A stretch of 64,000 nt of DNA from Conexivisphaerales archaeon (GTDB taxonomy: Archaea > Thermoproteota > Nitrososphaeria > Conexivisphaerales > DTJL01). The position numbers and the translations under genes are program-made. Positions within the stretch are counted from its first letter, which is position 1; each line of letters opens with the position of its first letter. This document shows positions 33,495 to 42,736 of this stretch, piece by piece. The stretch spans positions 2,764 through 66,763 of the forward strand of contig JBEKZX010000002.1 in NCBI GenBank assembly GCA_049509455.1, read 5' to 3'. The notes under the pieces were generated by a model. That model made no database searches. It was not told the origin of the DNA and saw only the letters and a list, made by a program, of their open reading frames with translations.

Positions 33495-34817
33495 ATGAGA
33501 ACGGATGCCGCCCGTGACGATTACGACAAAGTTTTCGAGCTAATGAAGTCGCATCATAAGTGGTTCTCCGAAAGCTTGCCCTTGATTGCATCGGAGAATG
33601 TCGTTAGTGCCGCTGTTAAGGAGGCAATGGTTTCGGATTTTGGAAACAGGTATGCCGAAGGATGGCCGGGAGAGAGAGTCTACGCCGGCTGTACCTATAT
33701 AGATGAAGTTGAAAGGATTGCGATACGCCTGGCTAAACAACTGTTCAACGCCGAGTTCGTGGATGTGAGACCAGTTTCCGGCGTCAACTCTAACTTAATT
33801 GCGTACACAATCTTTACGAACCCAGGAGACACGATCATGGCCTTGTCGATACCTAACGGAGGACATATTTCATATGGCCGAAACGAGCTTGGCGGCACCG
33901 CCGGCAGTGTGAGAGGCCTGAAGGTGGAGTACCTCGTTTTCGACCAAGAATCCATGAATGTCGATGTTGATGGTACGATTGCCAAGGTGAAGAAGTTAGA
34001 GGCGGAAGGGGTTCGACCCAAGATGGTCATATTCGGGGCGTCTGTCTTCCTCTTTCCCCATCCGGTCAAGGAACTTGAATCATTTTTCCATTCGATTGGA
34101 GCGACGGTGCTTTATGATGGTGCACACGTCCTTGGATTGATTGCTGGCAAGCAGTTCCAGGATCCTCTTCGAGAGGGTGCTGACTTAGTGACGGGAAGTA
34201 CTCATAAGACTCTGCCAGGGCCTCAAGGGGGCATAGTCCTGTCTTGGAACAAGTACGCTGATGCAATCAAGAAAGCGACCTTCCCCGGCAATGTCTCTAA
34301 TCATCACCTCCACCATGTCGCGGGAAAGGCTTTGGCGTTCGCAGAGATGCTCACATTCGGCGAATCCTATGCACAGGAGGTTGTGAAGAACGCTAGGGCG
34401 TTAGCTGAATCACTTAGCTCGAGAGGAATTACGGTCTTCGGAGAGAAGTTAGGCTTTACCCGTTCTCATCAAGTCTTGGTTGATGTGACGAAGTATGGTG
34501 ATGGCGGGACGCTTGAGAAGAAGCTCGAGTCAGCAAATATCATAGTAAACAGGAACATGATTCCGACGGACATCAAAGCCGGTAGACACTTCGATCACCC
34601 AGGAGGCCTTCGCTTCGGCGTTCAGGAATTGACGCGTCTCGGTATGGGTACGGATCAGATGGACCGGGTCGCCGAATTGGCAGCTAAAATCATAGTTGGC
34701 GGTGATGATTCGAGCCTGGTAGCGAGTGAAGTGAAAGACTTCCGGCGAGGATACCAGAAGATTCGTTACGCCTTTGACACGGCGAATGATGCCTATGGAT
34801 ATATCTCATTGAGGTAA
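33495..34817 (+). CDS. glyA: Serine hydroxymethyltransferase
   Basis: 440 aa with LIASENVVS, NRYAEGWPGERVYAGC and GSTHKTLPGPQGG (PLP lysine). Confidence 0.9.
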   Translation: MRTDAARDDYDKVFELMKSHHKWFSESLPLIASENVVSAAVKEAMVSDFGNRYAEGWPGERVYAGCTYIDEVERIAIRLAKQLFNAEFVDVRPVSGVNSNLIAYTIFTNPGDTIMALSIPNGGHISYGRNELGGTAGSVRGLKVEYLVFDQESMNVDVDGTIAKVKKLEAEGVRPKMVIFGASVFLFPHPVKELESFFHSIGATVLYDGAHVLGLIAGKQFQDPLREGADLVTGSTHKTLPGPQGGIVLSWNKYADAIKKATFPGNVSNHHLHHVAGKALAFAEMLTFGESYAQEVVKNARALAESLSSRGITVFGEKLGFTRSHQVLVDVTKYGDGGTLEKKLESANIIVNRNMIPTDIKAGRHFDHPGGLRFGVQELTRLGMGTDQMDRVAELAAKIIVGGDDSSLVASEVKDFRRGYQKIRYAFDTANDAYGYISLR

Positions 34818-37800
34818 TCAAACATAGTCCGCAATGGAAGTTTGCTTCTTTGATTCGGAGAGAAGTTGCAGGTTCTCTAGTGTCAGAGCGACCTTGTCTT
34901 TAATCGGTTGGGGGATTTTATGCGACCTTGTGAGTTCGTTAGCTAACAGCGCGTACTTCTCAACCGCGGCCATTGTAACGGTCGGAAGGAGCTCCCTTCC
35001 ACAGGTCAGACAGTTTCCTTTGAGTGGTGGACGGCGGTATGCCTCTCCACATCCCTTGCAACGGAACTTCTGAGTAGAGTACGCTTCCAGATTCTTGATT
35101 ATTTCTTTGACAAGGTAGTTGTTCAGCAGGGATGAGACGAGGGCATCAACGTCGACTGCCTGGATTCTGCTTGCAACGGCTATCTGTTTGTTCACTTTGT
35201 CGGGCATCGGTCCTGGAGCGGCGTATTGGGACCATGGCTGACGTGGAACTATGTTTGATGACCAGTGTGTGTACTCGTAGATTAGCTCTGGAGCCTCTGA
35301 ATTATCGCTTCGCGAAGCGGATGAGAACATGCGTTCGAATAATTGGGAGGAAACCTTCTCACTAGCCTTGATGAAGAACTCTTGAGGATATGAGCTCAAA
35401 GTGTCTAGAAGTGTGGGAGTCCTAGTCGTCGTTGACTGTAAGATGATTGGTTCTATCATTGTGGGTGTGTCCAGCAGCCCTTCCAGCTGGTCCGGGCAAA
35501 GCCTTGGGGAGTAATTCAGTAGGACATCCAAAAGCAGCGTCAGCGAGTCAGCGTCGCCTCCACAGTCTCGATGCTTGGCAGCATGCCACATGGGATGGGC
35601 AAAACAAACTCGTGCGTTTGCAAAGCCTATGATGCGACCCACTACTCCGATAGAGGCTTTGGGAGATATCCCGACCACAAGAGCGCCCAGAAGGTCGTCC
35701 TGTTTGTGGATGTCGTAAAACGCTTCGGTCTTAAAGAATCGTGTCAAGAGATCGTCCAAATAGGCGGCAAGTCTCTTGAGGTGATCGCCACATTCTTCGG
35801 GCAGGATTATGTCCTGAGGCTTGAGCTCCAAGGTTTGCTCTTCGGATTCCAAAGGTCTGCCGTATCGATCTACGACGTAACCGAGATTTTGAAGCGTTTT
35901 GATGTCCGTGTGGAGCTGGGAGGGTTTGAAGTGTGTCAGAGGAGCGTTGATAGTATCGTACCTTATTGTTCCATCCTTGAAGCTCGTCAGGCTATGGCGT
36001 TGTCTCATGATGCCTTTTTCAAGTCGCTCTGGTGTCAATGAGCGGTTCGCGAGTCTGACTACGCCCTTCAGAGGTGGATAGGGCTGAAGGCCTGTGCTAG
36101 CTGAAGCGGCACGAAGGATATCCAGTACCCTTGGGACCGCAGTAGTATAAGGCAACGTGACGCTTCCGCAGTCCGGACATTTCTCGGCGCGGCTCTCCTT
36201 TCGGCATGAAGTGCAGAAATATAGTCTAGACGTAGGGGATTCACAGAAGGGACAAGAGTTGTATGGGGAAGGAGAACCACAAGATGGGCATATCTGCATG
36301 AGAAGGTCAACTGTTGAAGGAGAGTGTGAAAACTGGAGGAGATCCCGAGACGGTCCAACTTTCGACCCCACCGGAAACAATACATGGATTGGAGGTCTCA
36401 TCTTGCGCTCGTTTGCCAACTCTATCCTGCGCAGTGCCACCCCAACATATGTTGAGGACTTCTTCCTGATCTCGAGGCCAGAAAGGAACTTGAGCAGAGT
36501 CAACGTATCCGAATAGTTGGTTCCGAGAGGGATGGTCTTCTCCGGGGCTAGTGTTAGATAGGCTGATTCCGCGTCGTCCCCGGAGACGACGAGGAGGGAA
36601 CCCGAGACTTTATGTGGGATGCCGATTGTCTCTAGGATTCGCTTGATTTGTGAAGAATTCAAGAAGGCGAGCGTCTTAGGGCGATATTCATCGTTTTGAT
36701 AGTCGACAATGTTATCCCTGAGCGAAAATATGTCTTTTATGGCGAGCAAGTCCCAGAAGAACGTATAATGTGGATGGAGCGGGATTGCGAGCGCGTTGCA
36801 GAGTTGTAAGGACTCGAGAAGGGTGGGTGTGGTAGAAATGGGATTAGCTAATATCGTTTGAAGCCTATTGATGTCGATGGTGGCTAGGGCCGACAGCTGT
36901 TCGAGGGTAAGGTGTCTCTGTTCTCCTCCGCTTTGGACATCTGTGATCCACCATTCTTCGACGTAGCCGGAAGGATCTAGTTTTAAGCCAGAAGATAGAA
37001 ACTCGCTCGGCGAGGTTAGGATGTCTCCGAGATGAAGAATGCAGTCCAGGCTATCCTTGAGGGCTCGTGCCTCATCGGCGCTTTCAATCCTGCGCGTGTC
37101 ACCGTTGTGAAGGCGAACTATAGGAGGTTCGATTGAATCGACCATAGCTACCGAACCCGTCCGCCCCAAGATGCTGATCTTGATCTGTGTCCCAGTGGTT
37201 ATTGGGAAGTCTAGGAGCTCGAGGACGGCGGGGTGGAAGCCAAAGCAACCAAATCCGGTATCTTGGGCTCTACCGTACCGCAGCCTGAAGCTCCCTTGCT
37301 TGTCCGGCAACGACAAGACCGGCCTGCCTGGCTTGGCGTCCAGAATGTATGATTGTGGGTCTTCTGGTTTACGTATCTTGGTACCGCCCTCTAGACTCGA
37401 GAGCCAATCCCATTCTTGGATTTGCAACTCCCTAGCAAGATCGAGTAGACGGGAAGATCTGCCAATAACTCCATCGACTAGAACATGCAGGGCCCCTCCT
37501 CTCACTCGATCCTCCTTGATTCTGCTTAGACCTCGGTTGACGAGGACTTCGGTGCCTGAGGTTCCGTAGCCGTCCACTTCGACTGGGATGTTATGGAGAA
37601 CGGATTGCAAGTCGGCTTCGCTAACTTTGAATTGAAATGGACCGGTTTCTCTCTGGCATAGGCGCAACTCCTCCAAGAATCGTGCGGTTTCATTCTCACC
37701 CGTTGAGTCGATGTGATATTTATCGAGACCGATGATGAGTCGAACCCTGTCAACAACTAGGAGCATAAACGCGGCTTGGAGAGGCGAGATAATGCCGGAA

Positions 37801-38285
37801 ATCTGGCCGAACACTACTGCAGGATAGGATGTGCCATCGCCGTTCTTCTTAATGACGACCTTTGTGATGTTCTCAACAGGAATGGCCAAAGCACATGATG
37901 TCACAAGAGCCAACGCCGCTTTCAGGACAGAATTAAGCGTTTCTTCCTTTTCGAAGAAGCCGAAATGGCCTAACGCTATGTCTTCAGCTATCTTGAGAGC
38001 CGTTTTGGCCACTGGGTCCTTGGAATCATAGGAAGTGAGCCTTTCTGAGATGCCACTAATGCCAGTAATCATCTCTAGCCGGTCGGCTATATCACATACC
38101 GCATGTGATTGTGGTTCCCTATCCAAGTCGATTCCCTTTGACATTGCAGTAGTTGCGCACTCGAAGGCTTTGACGTAGGAGTCTCCAATGTTCCGAAGGT
38201 AAGTGATTTGAGACGGTTCGACTACGCGCTCAAGGATTCTCTTGATGGTGTTTCTGGGATCGGTCCTGTCCTTGTCTAGGCTCAA
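34818..38285 (-). CDS. DNA polymerase D (Pol II) large subunit DP2
   Basis: 1155 aa with an internal cysteine cluster (CPSCGS...CPFC...CTSC...CPDCG) and a C-terminal CKGCG...CLTCG zinc finger. Size and layout are typical of an intein-free DP2. Confidence 0.9.
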   Translation of the reverse strand: MSLDKDRTDPRNTIKRILERVVEPSQITYLRNIGDSYVKAFECATTAMSKGIDLDREPQSHAVCDIADRLEMITGISGISERLTSYDSKDPVAKTALKIAEDIALGHFGFFEKEETLNSVLKAALALVTSCALAIPVENITKVVIKKNGDGTSYPAVVFGQISGIISPLQAAFMLLVVDRVRLIIGLDKYHIDSTGENETARFLEELRLCQRETGPFQFKVSEADLQSVLHNIPVEVDGYGTSGTEVLVNRGLSRIKEDRVRGGALHVLVDGVIGRSSRLLDLARELQIQEWDWLSSLEGGTKIRKPEDPQSYILDAKPGRPVLSLPDKQGSFRLRYGRAQDTGFGCFGFHPAVLELLDFPITTGTQIKISILGRTGSVAMVDSIEPPIVRLHNGDTRRIESADEARALKDSLDCILHLGDILTSPSEFLSSGLKLDPSGYVEEWWITDVQSGGEQRHLTLEQLSALATIDINRLQTILANPISTTPTLLESLQLCNALAIPLHPHYTFFWDLLAIKDIFSLRDNIVDYQNDEYRPKTLAFLNSSQIKRILETIGIPHKVSGSLLVVSGDDAESAYLTLAPEKTIPLGTNYSDTLTLLKFLSGLEIRKKSSTYVGVALRRIELANERKMRPPIHVLFPVGSKVGPSRDLLQFSHSPSTVDLLMQICPSCGSPSPYNSCPFCESPTSRLYFCTSCRKESRAEKCPDCGSVTLPYTTAVPRVLDILRAASASTGLQPYPPLKGVVRLANRSLTPERLEKGIMRQRHSLTSFKDGTIRYDTINAPLTHFKPSQLHTDIKTLQNLGYVVDRYGRPLESEEQTLELKPQDIILPEECGDHLKRLAAYLDDLLTRFFKTEAFYDIHKQDDLLGALVVGISPKASIGVVGRIIGFANARVCFAHPMWHAAKHRDCGGDADSLTLLLDVLLNYSPRLCPDQLEGLLDTPTMIEPIILQSTTTRTPTLLDTLSSYPQEFFIKASEKVSSQLFERMFSSASRSDNSEAPELIYEYTHWSSNIVPRQPWSQYAAPGPMPDKVNKQIAVASRIQAVDVDALVSSLLNNYLVKEIIKNLEAYSTQKFRCKGCGEAYRRPPLKGNCLTCGRELLPTVTMAAVEKYALLANELTRSHKIPQPIKDKVALTLENLQLLSESKKQTSIADYV

Positions 38286-38290
38286 GCTCC

Positions 38291-39049
38291 TTAACTCTTC
38301 GGCCCTTTGAGGTGGGCGGTTTCTACTATTTGACGTAAAACAACGTCGAAGTCCCGTGTCTCAAGCAGGTTCCCAATTACAAGGATGTCCGCTCCGGCCT
38401 CCACAGCGGCTCGAGCTGTTTCACCGTCTCTTATGCCACCCCCCACTATGAGCATTCCTTTGTAGAGACCTCGGACCGTCTTCACGGTCCCGGCAGGTAT
38501 GTTAGAAGTCGCACCGGACCCGGCCTCTAGGTAGACATATTTCATACCTAGGTATTGAGCAGCTAGGGCGTAGAGAGCTACCAATTCAGGTTTGTTTTGA
38601 GGGAACGGACGTGCCCTCCCGACGAACCCAGCGGTTCCCCCCTCTCCGGCGATGATATATCCCGTCGGAAGTGCTTCAATGTTGTACTTTCTCACCAAGG
38701 ACGAACCAAGTGCCTGCGCTCCTGTGATGAAATATGGGTCCTCGGAATTAAGGAGTGATGCAAATAGTATGGCATCGGCGCCCGGCGACACTCCTGTCAC
38801 ATTTCCGGGAAAAAGAATCACAGGTATAGTCACATGTTTCTTGACTTGTGTAACTACTGCGTCAAGGGTTAATTGATCAATGGCAGTCGATCCTCCAACT
38901 AATATGGCGTCGACCCCGGCTTCTGCCACCCTCCTAGCCAATGGCGGCGCCGCTTCAGCAGTTATGTTATCAGAATCCAGGAGTGCGAATACTAGAGCTT
39001 TCTTCTTTCCAAGTTCTCGTAGTATGTATGAATCAACCTTGGAGTCCAA
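38291..39049 (-). CDS. Geranylgeranylglyceryl phosphate synthase (PcrB/GGGPS family)
   Basis: 252 aa with a TIM-barrel pattern: LLDSDN, ILVGGSTA, YLEAGSGA and GGGIRD. Confidence 0.8.
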   Translation of the reverse strand: MDSKVDSYILRELGKKKALVFALLDSDNITAEAAPPLARRVAEAGVDAILVGGSTAIDQLTLDAVVTQVKKHVTIPVILFPGNVTGVSPGADAILFASLLNSEDPYFITGAQALGSSLVRKYNIEALPTGYIIAGEGGTAGFVGRARPFPQNKPELVALYALAAQYLGMKYVYLEAGSGATSNIPAGTVKTVRGLYKGMLIVGGGIRDGETARAAVEAGADILVIGNLLETRDFDVVLRQIVETAHLKGPKS

Positions 39050-39052
39050 AGG

Positions 39053-39289
39053 TTAACCCCCAATCTTGCCTTTGTAAAATGCATCCACAAAATCGTTGAA
39101 GATGTCGATGACTTCACGAGGTCTAGGGGGGACGGTATCGTAGACCAGGTTACAAGATCCACATATTACATGAAACCCTTCGGTTTCTTTTAATACTTTT
39201 ACTGATGGTGCTCCGCACCTAGGGCAATTGAATATTTTTGGAAGCGTTTTCCTAACCGGTTTATATACCTTCCTTCGACGTCTTCCCAT
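39053..39289 (-). CDS. elf1: Transcription elongation factor Elf1 homolog (zinc ribbon)
   Basis: The internal ATG at 39289 gives MGRRRRKVYKPVRKTLPKIFNCPRCG...ICGSCN...VIDIFNDFVDAF (78 aa), which parallels eukaryotic Elf1. The longer track ORF N-terminus is not protein-like. Confidence 0.7.
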   Translation of the reverse strand: MGRRRRKVYKPVRKTLPKIFNCPRCGAPSVKVLKETEGFHVICGSCNLVYDTVPPRPREVIDIFNDFVDAFYKGKIGG

Positions 39290-39408
39290 TATCTCACCGA
39301 GTGGCTTCGTTCTTGAGTAAGGATTCGGATGAGTTATAAAGGTATCACACGCGTCTGTCTGTTCCCTGTTAACCCTAGCAAGCAGTAGACAACCATAAAT
39401 ATACAAAA

Positions 39409-39813
39409 ATGTATAACAGGGCCATGCTTAAGGCGGCGCTCGAACCAGAGGCCCTCCAACTATTATTCAAAAGGTCTCACTTCAAGGAGGCGCAACTTGA
39501 TGCTCTTCTCGTAAAGAGATCTTGCGATAAGAATGGTGTGAAGCTGAAAGAGGGTTTGCGAATGAGAGATAAGGAAGCTTCATTGGGTTCGACTTTGAGG
39601 TCTGCGTCGCAAGCCGAGGGCGTCATCTCTAAGTCAATAGCATCTTTGGTTCTTGCCATAAGCATGGGACTAGTGAGTTCATCCACCCTAGACGCGGCTT
39701 CCAAGGTGGCAAGTGCTGTCGAACAGTCAATGCTGCATAGATTGGATGAAGAGCAATTCATTCAGCTGACGAGGATAGTGGACGCGTTTTTGCAACAAGC
39801 ATCACATCAATGA
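39409..39813 (+). CDS. Hypothetical alpha-helical protein
   Basis: 134-aa ORF. The TATA-like ataaatata at 39391-39399 suggests a leaderless start at the second ATG (39424). No family was recognised. Confidence 0.4.
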   Translation: MYNRAMLKAALEPEALQLLFKRSHFKEAQLDALLVKRSCDKNGVKLKEGLRMRDKEASLGSTLRSASQAEGVISKSIASLVLAISMGLVSSSTLDAASKVASAVEQSMLHRLDEEQFIQLTRIVDAFLQQASHQ

Positions 39814-39841
39814 CCAACGCCGGCAACGCTTATATCACACC

Positions 39842-40498
39842 TTGAGAATCACATTATGTCACTCAATGACCGACCTGACATCCTATTTGGCATTGGGGAT
39901 TTCCCTAGTGAGCCTTGTCGTCGTAGTCATTGTCAGCCGGTATCTCCCTGTCCTAAGGAAGGCCTCCGCGGCCTATGTTGACGGTTCCGATGTTGTCTCA
40001 AAGATTATGAGTGAATTGAATGCTAGGGCCTCAATCCAGGACAGACGCCTAGCTGATACACAAGTCAAATTAGATGTGTTGGAGGACCGGTGGATTAGAA
40101 GTGGTTGGATGCCTACCCAGGGTCCTTCATCTTATCCGTCTTCGAGGACCCGGTCTGGCATCAGCCCCAGAGAGTCAGCAGTCGAGACTACCATAAACCG
40201 GACGGAAGCCAGATTTGATACTGGCTTTGGTCTGGGCTTGAGCGCCCCGCTCAAGCAGAGGTTTGCAAGGCCTTCTAGAGTGGAGACCTCTGTGCTAGAG
40301 AGTCTCCTCAGCAAGGAGATGACCTCTCCCGAAGTGAGAGGGCTGCTGGGAAGCAGTAGAGAGCACGCAGCGAGGGTCATGAAATCGTTGACAGACAACG
40401 GTTTGGTGATGAGGGAGACTTCGAAGAAGCCTTACGTCTACCAGATTAGTGATGCAGGGCGTGACATGGTCACAAACGGCACTGCATCAGGTTCATAA
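39842..40498 (+). CDS. Membrane-anchored protein with C-terminal winged-helix (MarR-like) domain
   Basis: 218 aa. It has an N-terminal TM (LALGISLVSLVVVVIV), a coiled-coil, an S/P-rich linker and a C-terminal SVLESLLSKEMTSPEVRGLL..HAARVMKSLTDNGLVMRE. Confidence 0.45.
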   Translation: MRITLCHSMTDLTSYLALGISLVSLVVVVIVSRYLPVLRKASAAYVDGSDVVSKIMSELNARASIQDRRLADTQVKLDVLEDRWIRSGWMPTQGPSSYPSSRTRSGISPRESAVETTINRTEARFDTGFGLGLSAPLKQRFARPSRVETSVLESLLSKEMTSPEVRGLLGSSREHAARVMKSLTDNGLVMRETSKKPYVYQISDAGRDMVTNGTASGS

Positions 40499-40533
40499 AA
40501 TGTTCGGTTATGAAATTAGCGGACACATGTAAG

Positions 40534-41016
40534 CTAACGGTCTATTATCTGGCTGAATCGCGTTCCTTGTTGTCTCATCGCTGAAGGTGTTTGAATAGTA
40601 GTCGAGGGAGCTAAAGTGTAAACCCATTTCCTTCCACGTTTGGACCTAGAGATAAGATTTTGATCATTCATTCTGAGAAGGTATGTACTTATTGCGGCCA
40701 GTTTCATCGGTTGGTTATATGTGTCTTCGAACGCGTCACGAATCTGGTCTGATGTAAATCGTTTGAACATGAACTTCTCAGAAATCAGATTTTGGACTTT
40801 ACCATAAAGTGTGTCGTCTGTTTGGGTGGTCTTGGAGCTCTCCTCCTTAGCCAAGAGTTCATACATATCCATGACACGCATCACCTTATCTTTCGACAGA
40901 CTTCCCTCTAGTTTGATGGTATATCGTTCCCCACCAGATCCTTCGAACTGAATCCGGACAGCATGTCTGCCCAAGGAGTAGGGTAAGGTCTTTGTCTGAC
41001 GGATATAACCGTTCAC
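40534..41016 (-). CDS. Hypothetical protein with C-terminal winged-helix domain, origin-adjacent
   Basis: 160 aa with the C-terminal segment MKLAAISTYLLRMNDQNLISRSKRGRKWVYTLA. It is divergent from oriC/cdc6. Confidence 0.45.
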   Translation of the reverse strand: MNGYIRQTKTLPYSLGRHAVRIQFEGSGGERYTIKLEGSLSKDKVMRVMDMYELLAKEESSKTTQTDDTLYGKVQNLISEKFMFKRFTSDQIRDAFEDTYNQPMKLAAISTYLLRMNDQNLISRSKRGRKWVYTLAPSTTIQTPSAMRQQGTRFSQIIDR

Positions 41017-41019
41017 AGT

Positions 41020-41531
41020 GATAATGTGTGAACTAGGTTGTTAATCTTAATGAACTAACGTTGAGAGGAATTGTGAAGGTCCAGCCTAGTTTACTGGAGT
41101 TAGCAGGCACTATTCGCCCTTGTTGGGAGTAAGCGGCTGCACGGGTTCCAGTGGACGCACTGGGGTGGCGGTGGTCGGTTAACAAACTTAAAGGTGTAGA
41201 TTGGGTCCACTGGAAACAATGGGGTTCAAAGCTGGCTCCTTTTGGTTGCGATACAAGTGTATGTTAACAAATAGGCTACTATCTATGATTGTCGTTCAGG
41301 TTGATGAGGGGCACCCGTAGATCGCCAGTGGAGACCCCTTATAGAATCTGGAATATTGACTATTGGCGTCGAAGTAGTCTAGACTAGATTTAACTGTCTT
41401 ATCAGTCAACTAGTGTTAACATGATTGTATATATGCTTCTTGGGGCATCAAATAGCGGTATATTTTCCATCTTCCCGTTTATCATCTTTAACTTATATAT
41501 TTTCCAGTGGAAGTAATGGGGGGAGGGGCTC
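41020..41531. other. Chromosomal replication origin (oriC) with ORB boxes and an AT-rich unwinding element
   Basis: There are three same-orientation boxes: TTCCAGTGGA-N5-TGGGG at 41143-41165, GTCCACTGGA-N5-TGGGG at 41203-41224 and TTCCAGTGGA-N5-TGGGGGG at 41500-41524. One degenerate inverted box lies at 41314-41336. The AT-rich stretch 41340-41500 sits between the inverted and last boxes. The locus is directly upstream of orc1/cdc6. Confidence 0.8.
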
Positions 41532-42734
41532 TTGTCAAACCCATCAAGCGATCCATTAAATGACATATTCGATAGGGCGATTAACGGGGAAAGTCTCTTC
41601 CTAAACAGAAATGCCCTCAGGAACGAATTCATCCCTAACCAAATCCACTTCAGAGACGAACAGATCAAGAATGTGGGCCAAATATTATCCCCCGCTCTCA
41701 CTGGTCACAAACCTTCTAGTCTGTTAATTTACGGCAAAACCGGCACAGGGAAGACCGTAGTCGTAAGATATGTAATCAACCGCCTAGTCGAGAGAAGCAA
41801 AACAATGGACACAAACATCCGAACGGCCTATGTGAATACACGCGTAGCTTCAACCGAGTATCGAATTCTGTCTGAAGTTGCGATTGAGCTGGGAGTAGCT
41901 TTACCATTTACCGGACTGTCTCTCAGTGAAGCATTCAATAGAATAACTAGCAACATGAGAGAACACTCGCTCAAAACCATCTTCGTTCTTGACGAGATCG
42001 ATTTTCTGGTCAAATCGTCAGGCGACAACCTCCTTTACGAATTCACTAGAGCCAACGAAAATTTGACCAACAACGCTTTCATCGCGTTAGTGGGGATATC
42101 CAACGACCTCAAATTCAAAGAGACACTCGATCCGAGGGTCCTTAGCAGCCTAAACGAAGAAGAAATAGTGTTCTCTCCCTACTCAGTAGACGAACTAAGG
42201 GCCATCTTGCGCGAACGGATTGAGGTAGCTTTTGTCCCAGGGAAAGTAAGCGAAGCCGCAGTCAACCTGTGCGCAGGCATGGGGGCCGCAGAGCATGGAG
42301 ACGCGAGACGCGCCGTCGACCTCCTTCGAGTAGCTGGAGAGCTTGCTGAAAGAGAAGGCGCGCAAACGGTTGAGGACTCCCATGTAAGAGAAGCCTCGAA
42401 GAGCATCGAAAGAGACCGAGTGCTTGAAGCAATCCAGTCATTACCCATTCATGGCAAATTGACACTCCTAGCCGTCTCATCCTTCAAAGAAGCCGAGAAC
42501 ACAGGCCATATATACGCCAAATACATTGAGGTCACCAAACAACTTGGGCTCGAACCCTTGACGCAGAGAAGGGTAAGCGGCCTCCTAAGTGAACTTGATC
42601 TCTTGGGACTTGTTTCGGCTCCAGTCGTTAGCAAGGGCAGGATGGGCCGATCCAAGAAGGTCAGGCTGGAAATACCACAACAGGTCGTCGAAGCCTCTCT
42701 CAAGGACGATGAAACCGTCAAAACGCTTCTCTAG
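41532..42734 (+). CDS. cdc6: Orc1/Cdc6 replication initiator
   Basis: 400 aa with a TTG start. It has Walker A GKTGTGKT, Walker B LDEIDF and a C-terminal winged helix. Confidence 0.9.
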   Translation: MSNPSSDPLNDIFDRAINGESLFLNRNALRNEFIPNQIHFRDEQIKNVGQILSPALTGHKPSSLLIYGKTGTGKTVVVRYVINRLVERSKTMDTNIRTAYVNTRVASTEYRILSEVAIELGVALPFTGLSLSEAFNRITSNMREHSLKTIFVLDEIDFLVKSSGDNLLYEFTRANENLTNNAFIALVGISNDLKFKETLDPRVLSSLNEEEIVFSPYSVDELRAILRERIEVAFVPGKVSEAAVNLCAGMGAAEHGDARRAVDLLRVAGELAEREGAQTVEDSHVREASKSIERDRVLEAIQSLPIHGKLTLLAVSSFKEAENTGHIYAKYIEVTKQLGLEPLTQRRVSGLLSELDLLGLVSAPVVSKGRMGRSKKVRLEIPQQVVEASLKDDETVKTLL

Positions 42735-42736
42735 GC

